Positions 12,394 through 26,229 of a DNA stretch of 64,000 nt are shown here, in pieces; positions within the stretch are counted from its first letter, which is position 1; the number at the start of each line of letters is the position of its first letter. The notes under the pieces are model-generated. The model was not told where the DNA came from. It worked only from the letters and a program-made list of their open reading frames with translations, and ran no database searches. Source of the DNA: Podarcis melisellensis (Eukaryota); assembly GCA_964234715.1 (NCBI GenBank), contig OZ174279.1. One strand, written 5' to 3'. A program made the translations under genes and the position numbers.

Positions 12394-13648
12394 CAAGAAC
12401 TAACTTAGTTGGTCTTTAAGGTGCTACTGGAAGGAATTTTTTTTGTTCTTCATCTGAGTAACCCATACGAGAATGCAAATGCTGATATAAAATGCCCATA
12501 AAAATAAATATATTAGTAAAAATAACACCCCAAATGCATTATTTCAGAAGAAACCGCTTTACAAAATGTGTATATTAGGTGAAAATGCATACATAAGTGT
12601 GTATTTGGAGAAATTCACATTAAAATGCTGCTGAATTTTCATGGCTTTTTTTACCGTAAGTTGACAAACTGAAATTGATATAGGAAAAGAGAGAAATCAG
12701 AATGGACAGATTTGCACATCCCTACATGAGTATAACTTGTCTGCACATAGTCTATGGCAAATGCAGCCTACAAGAAACAGAAAAGACAGCAGTGTGGTCC
12801 CCCTCCCCCTCCACACAGGCCGACTACACAGTTGGAAGATCATGTGAAAAAGACTCATTAGTTCAATAGTTTTCACCCTACTCCCATTGTCTTGCTAAAT
12901 TCTGGCACTGGTATTTGCAATTTTTATTTGTAGCATTTTAATGAAACTTGTAAACCACTTAGAGATTTTCTTTTTGCTAAAAATCTTAAGTGGTATATAA
13001 ATTAAATAAACAAAAAGTCATGATACAGACCTTTTTCCTCTGAATAAAGTCAGTTTGTTAATATATCATTGTATTGGTATTAGAAAGGGCCTTGCATCGC
13101 CATTCATGGAAGCGTTGCACAGCCTCTTTCTCTGCATTTGGCAACTGGCTGCAGTGCAGTAATAATATAGGCAACTGTAACCCATGTGGAACAGGCCTCA
13201 CCAACCCACATAGTGTGCTGAAGACTGGGTTACATGGAAGCAGCAAATGCAGCAGCGATTATGCATAGGCTCTTCCATTAGGCAATATGCAGCAGCCCAC
13301 CTAAGGCACATTTTGAGGTGCCATGGAAAGTCAGTAAACTTTCACTCATTTAGCTATTCTATTCCCCATTTATGTGTGACCACACACACAGTTTTCAGCC
13401 TGAAAAGGGGAAAGAGCAGAACGGGGCAGGCTTACACACACCCCACCAATGTGTGTGGTGCGTCAGAATGCGACCCCTGTGCTGTACTTCTGGCCCATCT
13501 CCCTCTGAAATACTATGGCTTCTCTTATGCTGGTTGACTGTTCATTGTAACTGAAACACTGGTTAATTTACCTCCTAAAATGAAATGACATATAGCAGGC
13601 ATTTATTGCATTAAAGACCCAGTTGTTCAACAACTAGTCATGACTTTA

Positions 13649-13863
13649 CAGTGGTACCTTGGGTTAAGAACTTAATTCATTCTGGAGGTCCGTTCTTAAC
13701 CTGAAACTGTTCTTAACCTGAGGTACCACTTTAGCTAATGGGGCCTCTCGCTGCCACCACGCCATTTCTGTTCTCATCCTGAAGCAAAGTTCTTAACCCA
13801 AGGTACTATTTCTGTGTTAGCGGAGTCTGTAACCTGAAGCATCTGTAACCCGAGGTACCACTG
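13649..13863. mobile_element. Tc1/mariner (pogo/Tigger-like) MITE, copy 1
   Basis: TIRs CAGTGGTACCT(T/C)GGGTTA and TA on both flanks. Same family as 37916, 56208 and 59046. Confidence 0.9.
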
Positions 13864-14195
13864 TACTAGAAATATCAGTCAACCCCATGATGCGCTGAAG
13901 TACAAAACCGAGGCAGAACAAAGTTGATTCTTGTACCTTCAGTCACTGTGCCGCGTTTGACTGCAAGGTGCTTCCTGCAATTAATCATTTAATCATTAAC
14001 CTCAACAGCATCTTCTCAGTGTGCAATCAAAGTGGCTTACTGCCTGAGCAAAACCCATTAATGCATTTTAACATTAAAATACTGCAAGAGCCCTCTCATC
14101 GTGTCAGAAAAAGAGACAAATGTGGAAATTGAGCATGGTTGCCTACGGCTTTCCTGATGTTATCACCTGGATTAGGGCACAGAGTTATGTCTAAA

Positions 14196-14650
14196 CCAGG
14201 TATGGGGAGCCTTAGGCCTGGAGGTCCTTTGTAGCCCTCCAGGCCTCTCTGTTTGGCATTCAGGACTCTTTCCCAGTCATATACCCTGCTGAACCACACG
14301 CCCCACCAGCCCTGCTTTTCACCCTCCTTGAGTAGTTTTGCTTGGCTGGAATGTGCTCTTGGACTCTGATAATGCTTCTTATCTCCCTGGATGTGAAATA
14401 TTTGTTTATTCAATAGAACGTGTATGCTACTTAATTGTAAATGAAACCTCCAAGCAGGGGTTTTATAGAGGGGGTGCGAGAGTGTGACAAAACTAGCCTA
14501 CTCTACAAAAGTAAAAATCACATTTGTTCTGTGCATTTTTGCCACTAGACAGACCCACTTTTGTTTCTGGCTCTGCTCAACACTGACATGTGGCACCCAG
14601 AAGAATATCTAGAAAAGAATCTGTTCCTTGAGCTGAACAAGGTTCCCTAT
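14196..14650. mobile_element. Degenerate hAT-like non-autonomous element
   Basis: Termini caggtatggggagcct ... aggttcccta. A related internal sequence (agccctccaggc(c/t)tctctgt) occurs at about 31035-31150. Confidence 0.5.
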
Positions 14651-16587
14651 ATGTGGCTTAAGTGTTCCATCTCTGGAATGGAACACATTAATAATTGCTT
14701 ACAATGCATGTAATGTTTGTAACCTGCCAGTAGGTGTCACTACAGTGGCTCCCTAAGTGAAAAACCATCTCGTGAAAAAGGAAAGCATTAGTTCATAGAA
14801 CAGACAAAATAAGAGACACTTAGGCTATCTTTTGTTCACTCTGAAGGTCTTCTAACATGGTCAGAATATTTTGGATCTTCCTCAGTGGGTTGTTTGCCCA
14901 TTCATTGCAATGGAGTAGGGATGGTTGACTTTTGCCATAAATGAATGAATCAACTGACCAGAACCTGCCTATTAGAAGATCTTCATTGGGGGTGGGGACT
15001 GCTTCAGAATGTAGCAGTAAACAATGTGGACTAAAAATCACAAATTAGGTCTATGTGGAAAAGGAAGATGAAGATCTTATGAAAAACTGTTCCTGTTTAC
15101 TGAATTTTGTAATAGATAATTCCAAGTGATTATAACAGCTAGAAATGATTATACTTTGAACACAGATTTCCTGGGGTTTTTGAGATTTAGGAAGCATGCA
15201 TATGATAATAAAAAAGTGTGTTAGAGGATTTTTCAACCATACAGCTTTAATAACAAACTCTGAAAGAGTGCTAATAATCAGTGTTCTTATTCACATGTTT
15301 AAAAGTTGCTGAACCACCTCTGAAGCTCTTGTTTGGGTATGCCTCCCAACAAACATTTTTTGGGACTCTAAAGTGCCAGTTTAGTTAAAAAAAATTATTC
15401 CCCCAGACTCTTGCCAGGCTGTTCCACCAAGTCAGCCATGTTGCAGACGGGGGGAGGGGAGATTATGGGTAGAGTTGCTGAGTCAGTGTTCATAAGTGAG
15501 ATTTATCTGTGTGAAGGATGCACGAAAGCTTCTGTGACACCTTCATGCTGCTTCCTGCATTTCTGTTTTGTACCTAAAGCACCAAACCAAAAACACAGAG
15601 AATTCTTTTGCAAAAACAACCCCTGTCAGTCAAAAAAAAAGAAAAGAAACCAGCTTCACTCATCTGATCTTTAACACCGTGAAGGAAAGGAATACATGTT
15701 CAATTATCACCTGTGAAAAGTAACGCCCACTCCCATTTCTCTTTCACAGAGCAATTGGTAGCGTAAGGCAGTGTCAAGCCATGTAGAACACAAAAGGATT
15801 GAATGTTTTCTCATTAGCAAGCTCTAAAATGAGATTGTGAGGTGAGAATAGAGTAAAAGATAGAAAAAAACGCTGGACAGAAACAGGGGAAGCCAAGGAC
15901 TGACTGACTAGGCCTTCATGGAAAGACGCTTTCAAGTTTTTCAGGTCTAGGGCCCACAGACAATTAAAGCCTACAAGATGGAACCCACTTGCCATTTTCT
16001 ATGCCCATCTTTTTCTCACTAGGTAAAATGACAAACAGGGCTCCTGTAGCTTTGACATTTGCACAGAAGAGGAAATTTTGCTAGTTGCAGCTTGTAGTGC
16101 TGAAATCCCTGCATCTGCACAGTTATTAAGACCAAATGAGTTCCTTGCTCTTTTACATTTGGTTTCTCTCTCTGTTGTAATTCTTCTTTCATTTCTTTTT
16201 TTGGTATATCACCATTCTTCTTGGGGGTGGGGGTGGGGGTGGGAAACCCCTAACTTAACCCAATGATGGTGAGGTTAGTGGTGTAACACACCCGTTGCTG
16301 GGAGACCCACCTTTGCTTGCAACCCACCTGTTGAAGCAAATGGTTCTTCACTAGGCATGCTACATGGGATTTGGTGAATTTTTGAAGATACATTTACATT
16401 CATGATTTTGCTGAGTATCACACCTAAAATCTTTCCTAAGCTACATGCTCTGTGAATCTACAGGTTAGGTTGCAGAAAAGCGAACAGCCTCATGCTGCTA
16501 AGCACACGAAATCAATGGGTTAAAGCACACCAAGGAGTGTGTACAAGGTATGCTCCATGCATAGTTGTAAAAAATGTTACTTATTAT

Positions 16588-16766
16588 CAGTGCTTTTTTC
16601 TGGGGGGACGCTGGGGTATGCATACCCCTAAACCTTTTGTGAATCTTTGTACTTTTGTCCATTTACTGTATTTATTTTTTCCTGATTTGAACTATAAAAC
16701 GGTGATTTTCTTGAGTCAATATGAGAGCAACTCTATAAACATTTTTTTTTTTAGAAAAAAGCACTG
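16588..16766. mobile_element. hAT MITE with 8-bp TSD CTTATTAT
   Basis: TIRs CAGTGCTTTTTTCT / AGAAAAAAGCACTG. Perfect TSD at 16580-16587 and 16767-16774. Confidence 0.92.
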
Positions 16767-19117
16767 CTTATTATGAGTTGTGTGATACATGGACAAGTAC
16801 TATTTTTTCTAGTTCTTGACCTATTGCCAAGCAGTTTCATAAGATTATCTGTGTTTCATTAATGTATGCGAAGGAATAACAGATGAATTCTGAATTGGAA
16901 AAGAGGGAGAATCAGCCATCACTGCTGACTGTGTGAATAAGCCTATATCTTTTTAGATGTTTCATTTATTCAACTATTCTCACCTTCTTTGGCACATATG
17001 ACAACACAACTTTAACTACAAATAATAAATCATCACAATCATAGGCCCACTATACCTACATTCTTTCCATGCCAAGCATCCTAAACTCATCGACCTTGGA
17101 TTTCAAGATAGCCACACTAAGTGTCATATAAGCTATTATTCTGTCTAGTTTCTTGCAGGGCTGCCAAACGGCGGGAACATGGGGTACAGATGTACCAGGC
17201 CACCTAAAAAGAAAGTTACCAACCAAAATGTGCAGATAACTTCTATGCAATTTCTATGAAATGAGCTAGTGTGGTTGTTCCCACCTTGTAGTGTTTTTAG
17301 CCAATCTTCTCTTCCTGTGCCATTGTAGTGAGAGATCAGCCTGCTCCCTCCAGATCAGTGTCAGACCTCGGGTTATTGCTCAGGGCAGTGGTCTGGATGT
17401 TAATCAACTATGCATGGCAATGACTTAAGATCTCCCTATGTGTACCATTTATTTCCCATTTGTATTTTGGCATACAGTATGTACTTCTGTATTTGTATGT
17501 ATATGTGAGGGAGTTTAACCATGTGAACCAATCCAAAGCCAGCCAGATACTTAAATCTGTTCAATTTTGAATTTTCTTGGTTCTGTACATCGGTGCTAAG
17601 GAAGTAGCCACTACAGAATGTAGCCCAACCACTCTTGTCTCTAATGTGTGATTTCTGTTCCTTACTGTGAGCATTCACATTCCGAGTTCTGGAAACGTTC
17701 AGATCTACAAAGATCAACACAGCAGCTCACGTTTTTGGATCAGGTTATGACACCTGTGTTATAGTGGGCTGGACTACACTGTGTGGTCTTCCAAGAATTG
17801 TGAGACCATTTCAGAAACTGCAGAAAGCATTGTACTTGGAGAAAGATGCAACATTCAGCATGGAAGATGGTGGGAGGGGACTGTATATTTTTACTTTTTA
17901 AAAAATGGAAAGGAAGCAATTTAACTTTTTTTTGTATCTTAAAATCTGATTATTTAATCATAATTTATTAGTAATATGCTTGCCTAAACAATTCCCAACC
18001 CCTATCTTCCTTTGCAAAATATACAATTCAGTAAAGAAAACACCCAGCACTTTCCTGTAAGCCATCCAAACCACAGACAAATATCTTCCTGGGTGGCATG
18101 TGATGACTTTACTTTTCTTCTCCTCAAGAACATCAGTCACTGTGCATTTCTCTGCAGAGCTGGATGTCTACTGGTTTGATATTTTGCTTCTATCCACATT
18201 TGTACAACTGCTCTGAGAATACTAGACTCCTCTGAGTGCTGTTCTGTCCCATTTTGCCCACCACTAAGAGAATTATAATAATTAAACATTATTAAATCCC
18301 AGTGGGTGTATGTTTGACTTTCACTTAAATCACTTGCATTTATGTAGCAAAGGGCAACGAATTGAAATGTTAGCTTTGAATGGGCTCTATACTCAAAGGA
18401 CTCTCTGAAGGACTATGAACAATAACATTTGCCAGGTGCAGATTGCTGAAGGCGTGCGCTTGACTTCTGGAATAAAAGATACATTTTATTATCTCCAAAT
18501 ACAACCAGTGGGTGTTTGTTCTGTAGTTGCTTCCAGTTGTCTTTACCATCTTTGCCTTTTAAAACCAGAGATTGACAGCAGATACTTTGAAATAGTATGT
18601 GAATAGGTGTGCCTGTTTGCTTCATAAGGGCCTGTCTATTGGTTTATGGGCTTCTTTGTAAAACTCAGTATTCTGAAGATAAAATGAATACCATATTGCA
18701 CATATTCAGGAATATTTGCCATTCCTGCTTTCCTCAAGTCTTTCTGGACATGGTAAGTCTTCCAAGCCATTTCCAAAGCAACTTCAGCATTATGATTCTA
18801 AACATCCCATTGGGGGGGAAATTGAAGAGAAACACAATGACTTTGTGGACCTGGAGAAGGTTTGTTTTGTTGACAAGGTTTTCATTCCACATTTCATTTA
18901 GGAGCACAATAAATAGTGGTGGCAAGGAAATCCAGCTATTCTGCTTCCTTTCATGTGTATGAAATTTGGGAGTGGGAGATGTTCCAACACTTAACAAAGT
19001 TAATTTGTCACAGGAACATACTTTAAACCTAGTTGGGTCATTCAATCAAGCTAGCTCAGTGTTGTCTAAACTTACTGGTCAATATTCTGAGCATTGTTCA
19101 CTCACTGCGAGAAGAGA

Positions 19118-19325
19118 ACTTACAGAGAACCAGGCAGAGGTCCTTCTCGGTGGTGGCACCCACCCTGTGGAATGCCCTCCCATCAGATGTCAAGGAGATA
19201 AATAACTATACAACTTTTAGAAGACATCTGAAGGCAGCCCTGTGTAGGGAAGTTTTTAGTGTTTGATGTTTTATTATGCTTTTATATTTATTGGAAGCCG
19301 CCCAGAGTGGCTGGAGCAACCCATT
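19118..19325 (+). mobile_element. L2 3' fragment (same family as 1985-2570)
   Basis: Reads RSFSVVAPTLWNALPSDVKEI..FRRHLKAAL. DNA is similar to 2316-2520. Confidence 0.85.
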
Positions 19326-20469
19326 GTCTGTCTGCATTACAAATGTGGCTGTAATGTCCTGGCTTCCCTAGGAATTGTATTTTAGTGAGAATGCAGGGAA
19401 TGTTTTCTTAGATATTCCTATCCATCTTGTACAGAACAACAATTACAATGATTCCATTAGGTATAGGAATTACACTTAAAAGAAGTTTGGCCACCATTTC
19501 ACACATTATACAAAAATAAACCCGGGTATGTCACTGAATACGCATGCAACAAGGACCTACAGCTGTACACTGTCCAATGTATCTGTGTCATATATTCAGC
19601 TGAGCAAAAAATCTGAAACAAGACCTTTTAGCTTGATAAATCAAGGTGGGGTGGCAAAAAAAAAATTTAAAAGTATTTTTGGAGGGGGGTTATCATTGGA
19701 AGGCAGCAGCCGTAACAGAGTCTCTTAATTTTTTTATTTAATTTCTTTTCCCTGCCACGAAGGCAGCAGCGATAGAGAGCAACTTAAGGCTGTTGCTGAT
19801 GAATGGCTACCATTTTCTCCCCCAGTGCCTGCATGGGGAAGGAAATGGCACTTCTACACAAGATCTTTTTTTCAGATTAATTCCCCAGAACAATGCTACA
19901 TCCAGAGCACTCATAAAGAGTATACAGTATGTGACAGCTACCATTTTCCACACCCCACCCCACTCCAGAATGCCTCTTAATTATGTTGCATCCAGGATCT
20001 TTGAGGAAGGAGAAATGGAGGGTGCCAGCTCACAGATGCCTTCAAAGAGTTCTGCTGATGCCTATATATATATACAAAGAGCAAACTCAAATCATGATGT
20101 GCTGGCGCTTGTGTAGCCAAAACGTCACCACCCACATTTACAAGGGAGTTATTAGGAAGCTTAAAGGAACCCCAAGGGTTGCAGAAGTACAATTTTATTC
20201 TAGCAAAAACCCTCAAGGGAGAGAGACCCCAAAACAGTCCAGTGAGAATCAACTATGCTCAGTGCCCAATGAATGCTGGCTGACTCTTGGGGGGGGGGGG
20301 AGATGGATAACTATTGGAGACAAAACTGACTGTCCTGGAGAAGGAAATGGCTGTCTGGCACCCTGAACATAAACATGCCACACTACAAAAATTAGGTGCA
20401 GGCACCATTTGTAGTTACTTTGATATTTGATAATAATTCTCAATATTTATACAATGCTTCCAAGCGTTC

Positions 20470-20690
20470 AAAGCCCTCCACATCATGTATTATCTAGTAC
20501 ATCAACTCTGTAAGAAAGATACAACAGTACTCTTAGACCGTGATGACCCCATATTGGAGATCTAGGGGATTGAATTTGAGAGACAGTGAGTTCACCAAAT
20601 GCCGCCTAGTGGGTTAATGACAGAGGTGAAATTGGAACCAGGGACTGCCTGAATTATAGCGCAGTCACTTTAGTCACTAAACCATACAAG
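20470..20690 (-). mobile_element. MIR/CORE-like SINE remnant
   Basis: ccccatatt..aga...tgagagacagtga...ctagtgggttaatgacagaggtgaaattggaaccaggg resembles a minus-strand tRNA/CORE SINE. Confidence 0.5.
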
Positions 20691-20895
20691 AGATTTGTGG
20701 CATCTACTGGAGCTTGCCAATGCTACTACCCTCTCAGCAAAAAACTAGAGAGATTGTATTGCCTTCCCGAAGGGTTGCCAAAGAGGGAGCCCAAAGCTGC
20801 TGCCCATAAACTGGAGAACTAATTGGGGGTGGGGACCATTTTGCAGCTGCTCTACCCTTTACTTTGTATGTGCATTTAAAAACCTTAGGTGCATA

Positions 20896-21034
20896 CAGTG
20901 CCTTTTTTCTGGGGGGAACGCATAGCCCTAAACATTTTGTGAATCTAAGTTTGGCCTCATTGAGGGGCAGTATTTCAATATGAGTAGGAAATTGAGAGTA
21001 CCCCTAAACATTTTTTTAGAGAAAAAAAGCACTG
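20896..21034. mobile_element. hAT MITE with 8-bp TSD GGTGCATA (family of 16588)
   Basis: TIRs CAGTGC(C/T)TTTTT and a shared ccctaaa.c.ttttgtgaatct. Perfect TSD at 20888-20895 and 21035-21042. Confidence 0.92.
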
Positions 21035-22526
21035 GGTGCATACATAATATATGTAATGTGTGAAGTGTTCTTGATTGTTGTTTGCCATTCTGGGCACTTT
21101 TGGAAGGAAGGGTGGGACAGAAATTAAATAAAGAAATGGAAAAGAAATGTGTGCTGTGTCAACGCATCACCCAAAAGAGGAAGTGTCTTGCCAACAAAGG
21201 GGATGCTTATTTGCATTGAATTAGCATGTGCTAATGTATATGTCTGGATGCAAATTTAGAAATAATTACTATAATTAAAATGGAACTATAATGCATTTCC
21301 CCACAATGGGAAAGAGTGTGACCAGGTGTGCCTGCTCAGCCCAGGTGCTAACTGTGATGGCCCAGGCTCTCGCTTCTTTTATTTTTAGACTGGACAGACT
21401 GAAACAGAGGACACCTTCAAACAGGGGACTGTCTATAAAGGACATGTGACCACCCAGCTCTGACAGCATGTTGTAACTAGCTAAAAATCACACCGCAGTA
21501 TGTTCCTTGTTTTCACAGAAAAAATGGGCTATGCTGTGAAAACACAAAGCTTGAACAAAGCTATTGTGCCATGTGTGCTCATTCCTTTGTACAGATAAAG
21601 GTGGCAAACTTCACAGAGGAAGAGTAAACAACAAACAACACACCCTGCTCAGCAGCAGCAATGTTTACTTCTTCTCCACAGCATTTCTCTCATACTTTGA
21701 GGTAGCAATTGTCACTAACACAGATAAATGAAAAACCAGAAAAGGTCTGTGCTGAGATATTATTATGAAGGAGAATATAGCAGGGATACAAATGAGCTCT
21801 TCCTTACAGAACTGTGTTCTTAAAATTACACCCTAGTAGCAATCCTGGGTTCTTCCAGCAGGAAAATGACTTTAGTGTGGCGGCAGCCTATTTGAAGACA
21901 GACAAGGGAGATTTAAGGCAAGAGGCGTCTGAGACTCTCTATGCTCCACCTTTCCTGAAATATGTTTATGTGTAAATCTGAAGCCACAAGCGGGGTTAGT
22001 ATAAACCTCACTTGACATTGCTTCTCCCAAAATGAAAAATCAATTATTCACATCCACAAGTATCCAGTCTTTGTTATATACACACACAACTGAGTCACAG
22101 CACTCCCTGGTTATGAGTAAAGATGTTTTAGGGAAAGCTAGCCATGTTTTTTGTTTCAGACACTTCAGATATTGATCCCTCTTTCCTAGGCCTCACAAAA
22201 TATATTTTGTGCTTCAGTAAGTTTGTGATCTAACCTCTTTGAGTCTGCACTGACGAAAAAGAGCGATTCTACTATTAATGTTGGAAGGGCAGGGAAACTG
22301 CCGCAGTGATTTGAAACCACCAAACTGTGTAAATAACATGCCAGGACTGTAAACCGCAAGACAATAAGTGTATCTACCAAACCCCTTTGTAATCCAAGGA
22401 CTGTTTGTTTTATAAAACTGTCTGATTCACACATTGGAAGTAAAGGATTATGCTGAACATGCACACAACTTGCCCCAAATATGCCCACAAATGCACTGAG
22501 TGAATAACCAAGTGTGCATTGCCATG

Positions 22527-23527
22527 TTTCTAGAAACAGGTTTATGCTTTAAAGCTCTGTGTCCGAACTTCGTTTGTTTGTCCTGTTGTTTTTCCTGGAA
22601 AAAACCTACATTTTACCACTGAAGCAGAGCAAACAGCAACTGGGTTTTTCACGGATTGTCATTTGTGCGTCGAGGTCCCCAAGACCCCCCCCCAAAGAAA
22701 AACACAATTGACACTTTATTTTTGTTTAAGGTTTTTGGCATAATTTTGGCCACAACTTTATTCAAATTACAGCAATGTGAGTGGTTGCTTGGGCATTGGT
22801 AGCACTAACTGACTGAGACAGGACTGGGAACCATGCCTCACCTCTCCCCAGAATGTTCCCAGGGGCTTGCATGGCCCTAGCCCCTTGCCAGGGGGTTTCA
22901 GACAAAAGCATGGGGAGCCCCTGGGTTCCTTTAACGGAAAACCCTTGAAGCAGCAGCAGCATTTTGGAGGGGCAGGCACAGCCGAATCCATACCCCTCCA
23001 CCAACCAATTCCAAGACCAATGCCTAACCGCAAACCTTACAAGTTGTGACGATTTGCTATGCAGTAGGCAAAAAACCAAGTGGCACACACTAATCAGCCA
23101 AATGGACAAAATTCCTACCGGGCCCCTGCCCCAAAGCAGACGACCCCATGACAGACATAGCAAGGTCAAGCAAACAGCCTAAAATTAGGGAAGGGAGGGC
23201 GGGTGATCCGAAGCACGCAGCAAAAAGAGGAAGTTCGTCACTGCATGCATTGCATTTAACAAATAGGGCTGTCAGTCAATAAATGGCAACATATAAATCT
23301 CCCCAGTAACAGCCCACCCCTGCTTAAAGGATGGCCAAAACATTTGCCTAGCAACAGTGAGGTGTCTCGTGAGCCCCGCCCGCAACCCATGTTCTCCATG
23401 AGGGAGAACACACTTTGCTGCAATTCAGTGGTAAAATGCTGGTTTTCCCAGGGAAAGTGCTGGGACACACACACAAACAAAACACATTTGGACATGGAGC
23501 TTTAAAGCCTGAACCTCTGCCTAGAAA
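22527..23527. repeat. Diverged inverted repeat pair of about 110 bp (22527-22633 and 23414-23527)
   Basis: tttctag..aggtt..gctttaaagctc.gtgtcc....ctggaaaaa.c..cattttaccactgaa.....gcaaa recurs as a reverse complement about 0.8 kb downstream. Confidence 0.7.
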
Positions 23528-26229
23528 ATGAAGTTTGGATGAGCCCATAGCCTCAGTGAAAGGGCAGCCAGGCGGAAGCAAGTTATGCATCCCTGGAGAG
23601 GGACTTCCACAATATTGGCACCACCACCAACCAGGCTCTACCACTTTATTTCAGACAGCATGGGCACATAGCACAAGCCCTTTGGAGAGCATCATAATGT
23701 GCAGGCAAGCTCATATGATAACCACTTCATATCTGCCTTTGTGCAGTAGCCACCGAGTCCAAATACTAATGATAATGAATGATGTTTTTGCCATTTTTTA
23801 CTTTACTACCTTCTTTGTTATGCTCAGTGAAAACTGCAGTCTAATCTCTCATGATGCATTCACTCAACAAATGCCTCCACTTTAACCACCTTCCAGTCTC
23901 ATCTTGTTGGTGGCAATTTCCTCATCAAAAGAGTTTGTGTGAACTGAGCCTATCTGTCAATGTGTTGGAGGGCACTATTCACTCCCCTGTTCCCCTCAGA
24001 AGATATGAGATAATCATTGCCATCATGAAGGTTGATGACAAGTGTTGCCTGCTTGCTGGTCCTTTAAATCTGGTTGTTTGTTGAAGCTGTTTTTACCCAG
24101 GACTGGATACGCTCAGTTGGCAAATGCAGTGGCTCAGAGAATAGTGTGAGCAAACCCCCTATTTCACAGGATGTCCTTGTGTTTCAGGGCAAACTAATAT
24201 GGAATCATCTGCAAGCCATCCACCTAAAGGGTATTTCCTATTAGTAGGTTAGTGGCCCATTTTTCTACAGAATTGCTACTCTCATTCTGTTCTGTCGGAA
24301 TCTTTCTTTTCAAGGATTTCCTATTGCGGTTATTAATATTGCACATATGGAAGCAATGGGGTGAATAAAAACTAACTCTTTTTGGAATAAAAATGGTCCA
24401 GACCAAAAATATGGTTTCAAAGCTTTGCTAACAGAACTTGTTCCAAGACAGACCTATAACAATTAGGATACATCAAACAGTTGCATAAAATCATATCCTT
24501 GTCCAAGTATAGATACATCTTCTTAGTAATATTAAATTACTTCAAACAGACCTAAAATCAAAGGTCTTTCTTTCCACACGCAGACTCCACTAGCCTGCAT
24601 TCCAACCTGAGGATGTTCAGAAATCATTAGCACACATTTCTTCTATGGTGGCTTAAGAACAAAGACAATGCCCTCAAAATGGAGATTTGCAACTGAATAC
24701 CTTACTTGTGTGATCTAAGGTTAAGCACTATGTGAGAGAGCAACAGAGATACATCAACAGTTAATTATCAACCTGTTAGGCACTCTAAAAGCTCTTACTT
24801 AGCTACAATGGACATTTCCATACACATACAGAATCATTTCCCATTTCAATGTACAATTAAGCAATTATTAATAATATTTTCTACCATACTTTGTCCTTCA
24901 GAAGGGTCTGTGCTTGGTTTACCCACAGGGTGTGATCAAAAATACTTTGATAGTTGCAAGGTAACCAGCCTTTCCAGTTGTGGCACCCATTTAGTGGAAT
25001 GAGCCCCCCATGGAGATGAGGAAACCACTGACAACTGGGTGCTTTTACAGAAAGCTAAAGACCTTCCTGTTTGCACTGGCATTTCATGACTGTTGTTATT
25101 TATGTTCTGGCTCTGTTTGGTTGCTGTCACTGTTGAAATTTATGATTATTTGTATGTTGACAGGTGTGGCCAGCTAAGAGATGCACTATCACTGCAGCTT
25201 AATGGGAGATGGAGCAGCGAGTCACTGGGGAAGCCAGCATTGTGCGGGCACATGACTGTGAGTGCCAGATTGGCTCTGCCAGCGCACCCACACAGCACAG
25301 ACCTCCCTGTTACCTCACTGAGCTCCTTCCTTCCTGCCTGCCATTTATTGATTTTAATGGTTTTATGTATATCGTGAACTGCTTTGTGAATATATAAATT
25401 TAGAAAAGAAAAGCAGTATATAGGTTTATAGGTAGACCAAGACAAATGGTAGACTGAGAATCAATACGAAAGTAACTGAGTAGCAAAGTTCAAGGATAAT
25501 TGAGTAAAGCTTAAGATACTGCTAGTGTTAGGGGGGACTTCTCTTCTCCCCCCCCCCCCAGTGTTCAAATCAGTAACTTTTAACTCGCTATTGCCGTGTC
25601 ACCTGCTAGCATAACTTGTCTGGAGAACTTTCAGATTTCTGTGTTCTGAAGGACGGAGTCCTACATTAGATGCCGTCTGAACTGGAGACTAACACAGTTC
25701 CCAGTAACAATGAGATAATTTTTCATTTCTATCTCTTATTACGAAGCTGAACTGAAAAATTATGAAGCTTTTTTATATAAGTCTGTGTTGCCTGGGGCTT
25801 TCTGGACTACAATATATTCATTACATTGCCCATTTCTGTTAGAGAACATGATAATAGAAATTTGACAAATAGCATTCCGTAGATAATGTGACTCTTACAA
25901 ATGAAGCAATCATTATTTCTTGCAGATGAATATTTCCCAGAGTTTACAAGACAGTCTGTCAGCTGTGGTCGCAATAACAAGAGAGTGGGTATATCGCCAG
26001 TGGTTTAACTACTCTGGAGATTTAGTGTGAAGTGACTTTATGTTGTGGCCCGTCATTTCATAAAGGCTTTATGAAGATGTGATGTTTCTGGCAGTAACGC
26101 ATTGGTGTAGGCTCCTCGCAATGAGAGAGTATAATAGGCTAATATGTGGCAGGCAATGCAACCCTACACTTAGATGTCCCTTTGTGTTCAATGGAGTTTA
26201 CTCCCAGGTCACTATGCATATGACCACAG

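Larger units (their letters stand above)
12216..12444. mobile_element. Penelope-derived inverted pLTR (palindromic) insertion
   Basis: Perfect 83-bp arms at 12262-12344 and 12353-12435 with an 8-nt spacer. Flanked by GTTCTTCA(G/T)CTG direct repeats at 12204-12215 and 12445-12456, a probable TSD. Confidence 0.8.
12090..12724. mobile_element. Old AT-rich non-autonomous DNA transposon (hAT-like), interrupted by the Penelope-derived palindrome
   Basis: Internal aaaatg(t/c)(g/a)ta(t/c)a-type repeats and a ...cacatcccta terminus. Boundaries are approximate. Confidence 0.45.

Noticed and set aside
15500-15535. gcacgaaagct resembling the hammerhead 3' half
   Set aside because: The core CUGAnGA and stem I are absent, so it is likely chance.
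25910-26030. Acceptor-like tttcttgcag followed by a short open frame (DEYFPEFTRQ...)
   Set aside because: No convincing splice donor before stops and no recognised protein.
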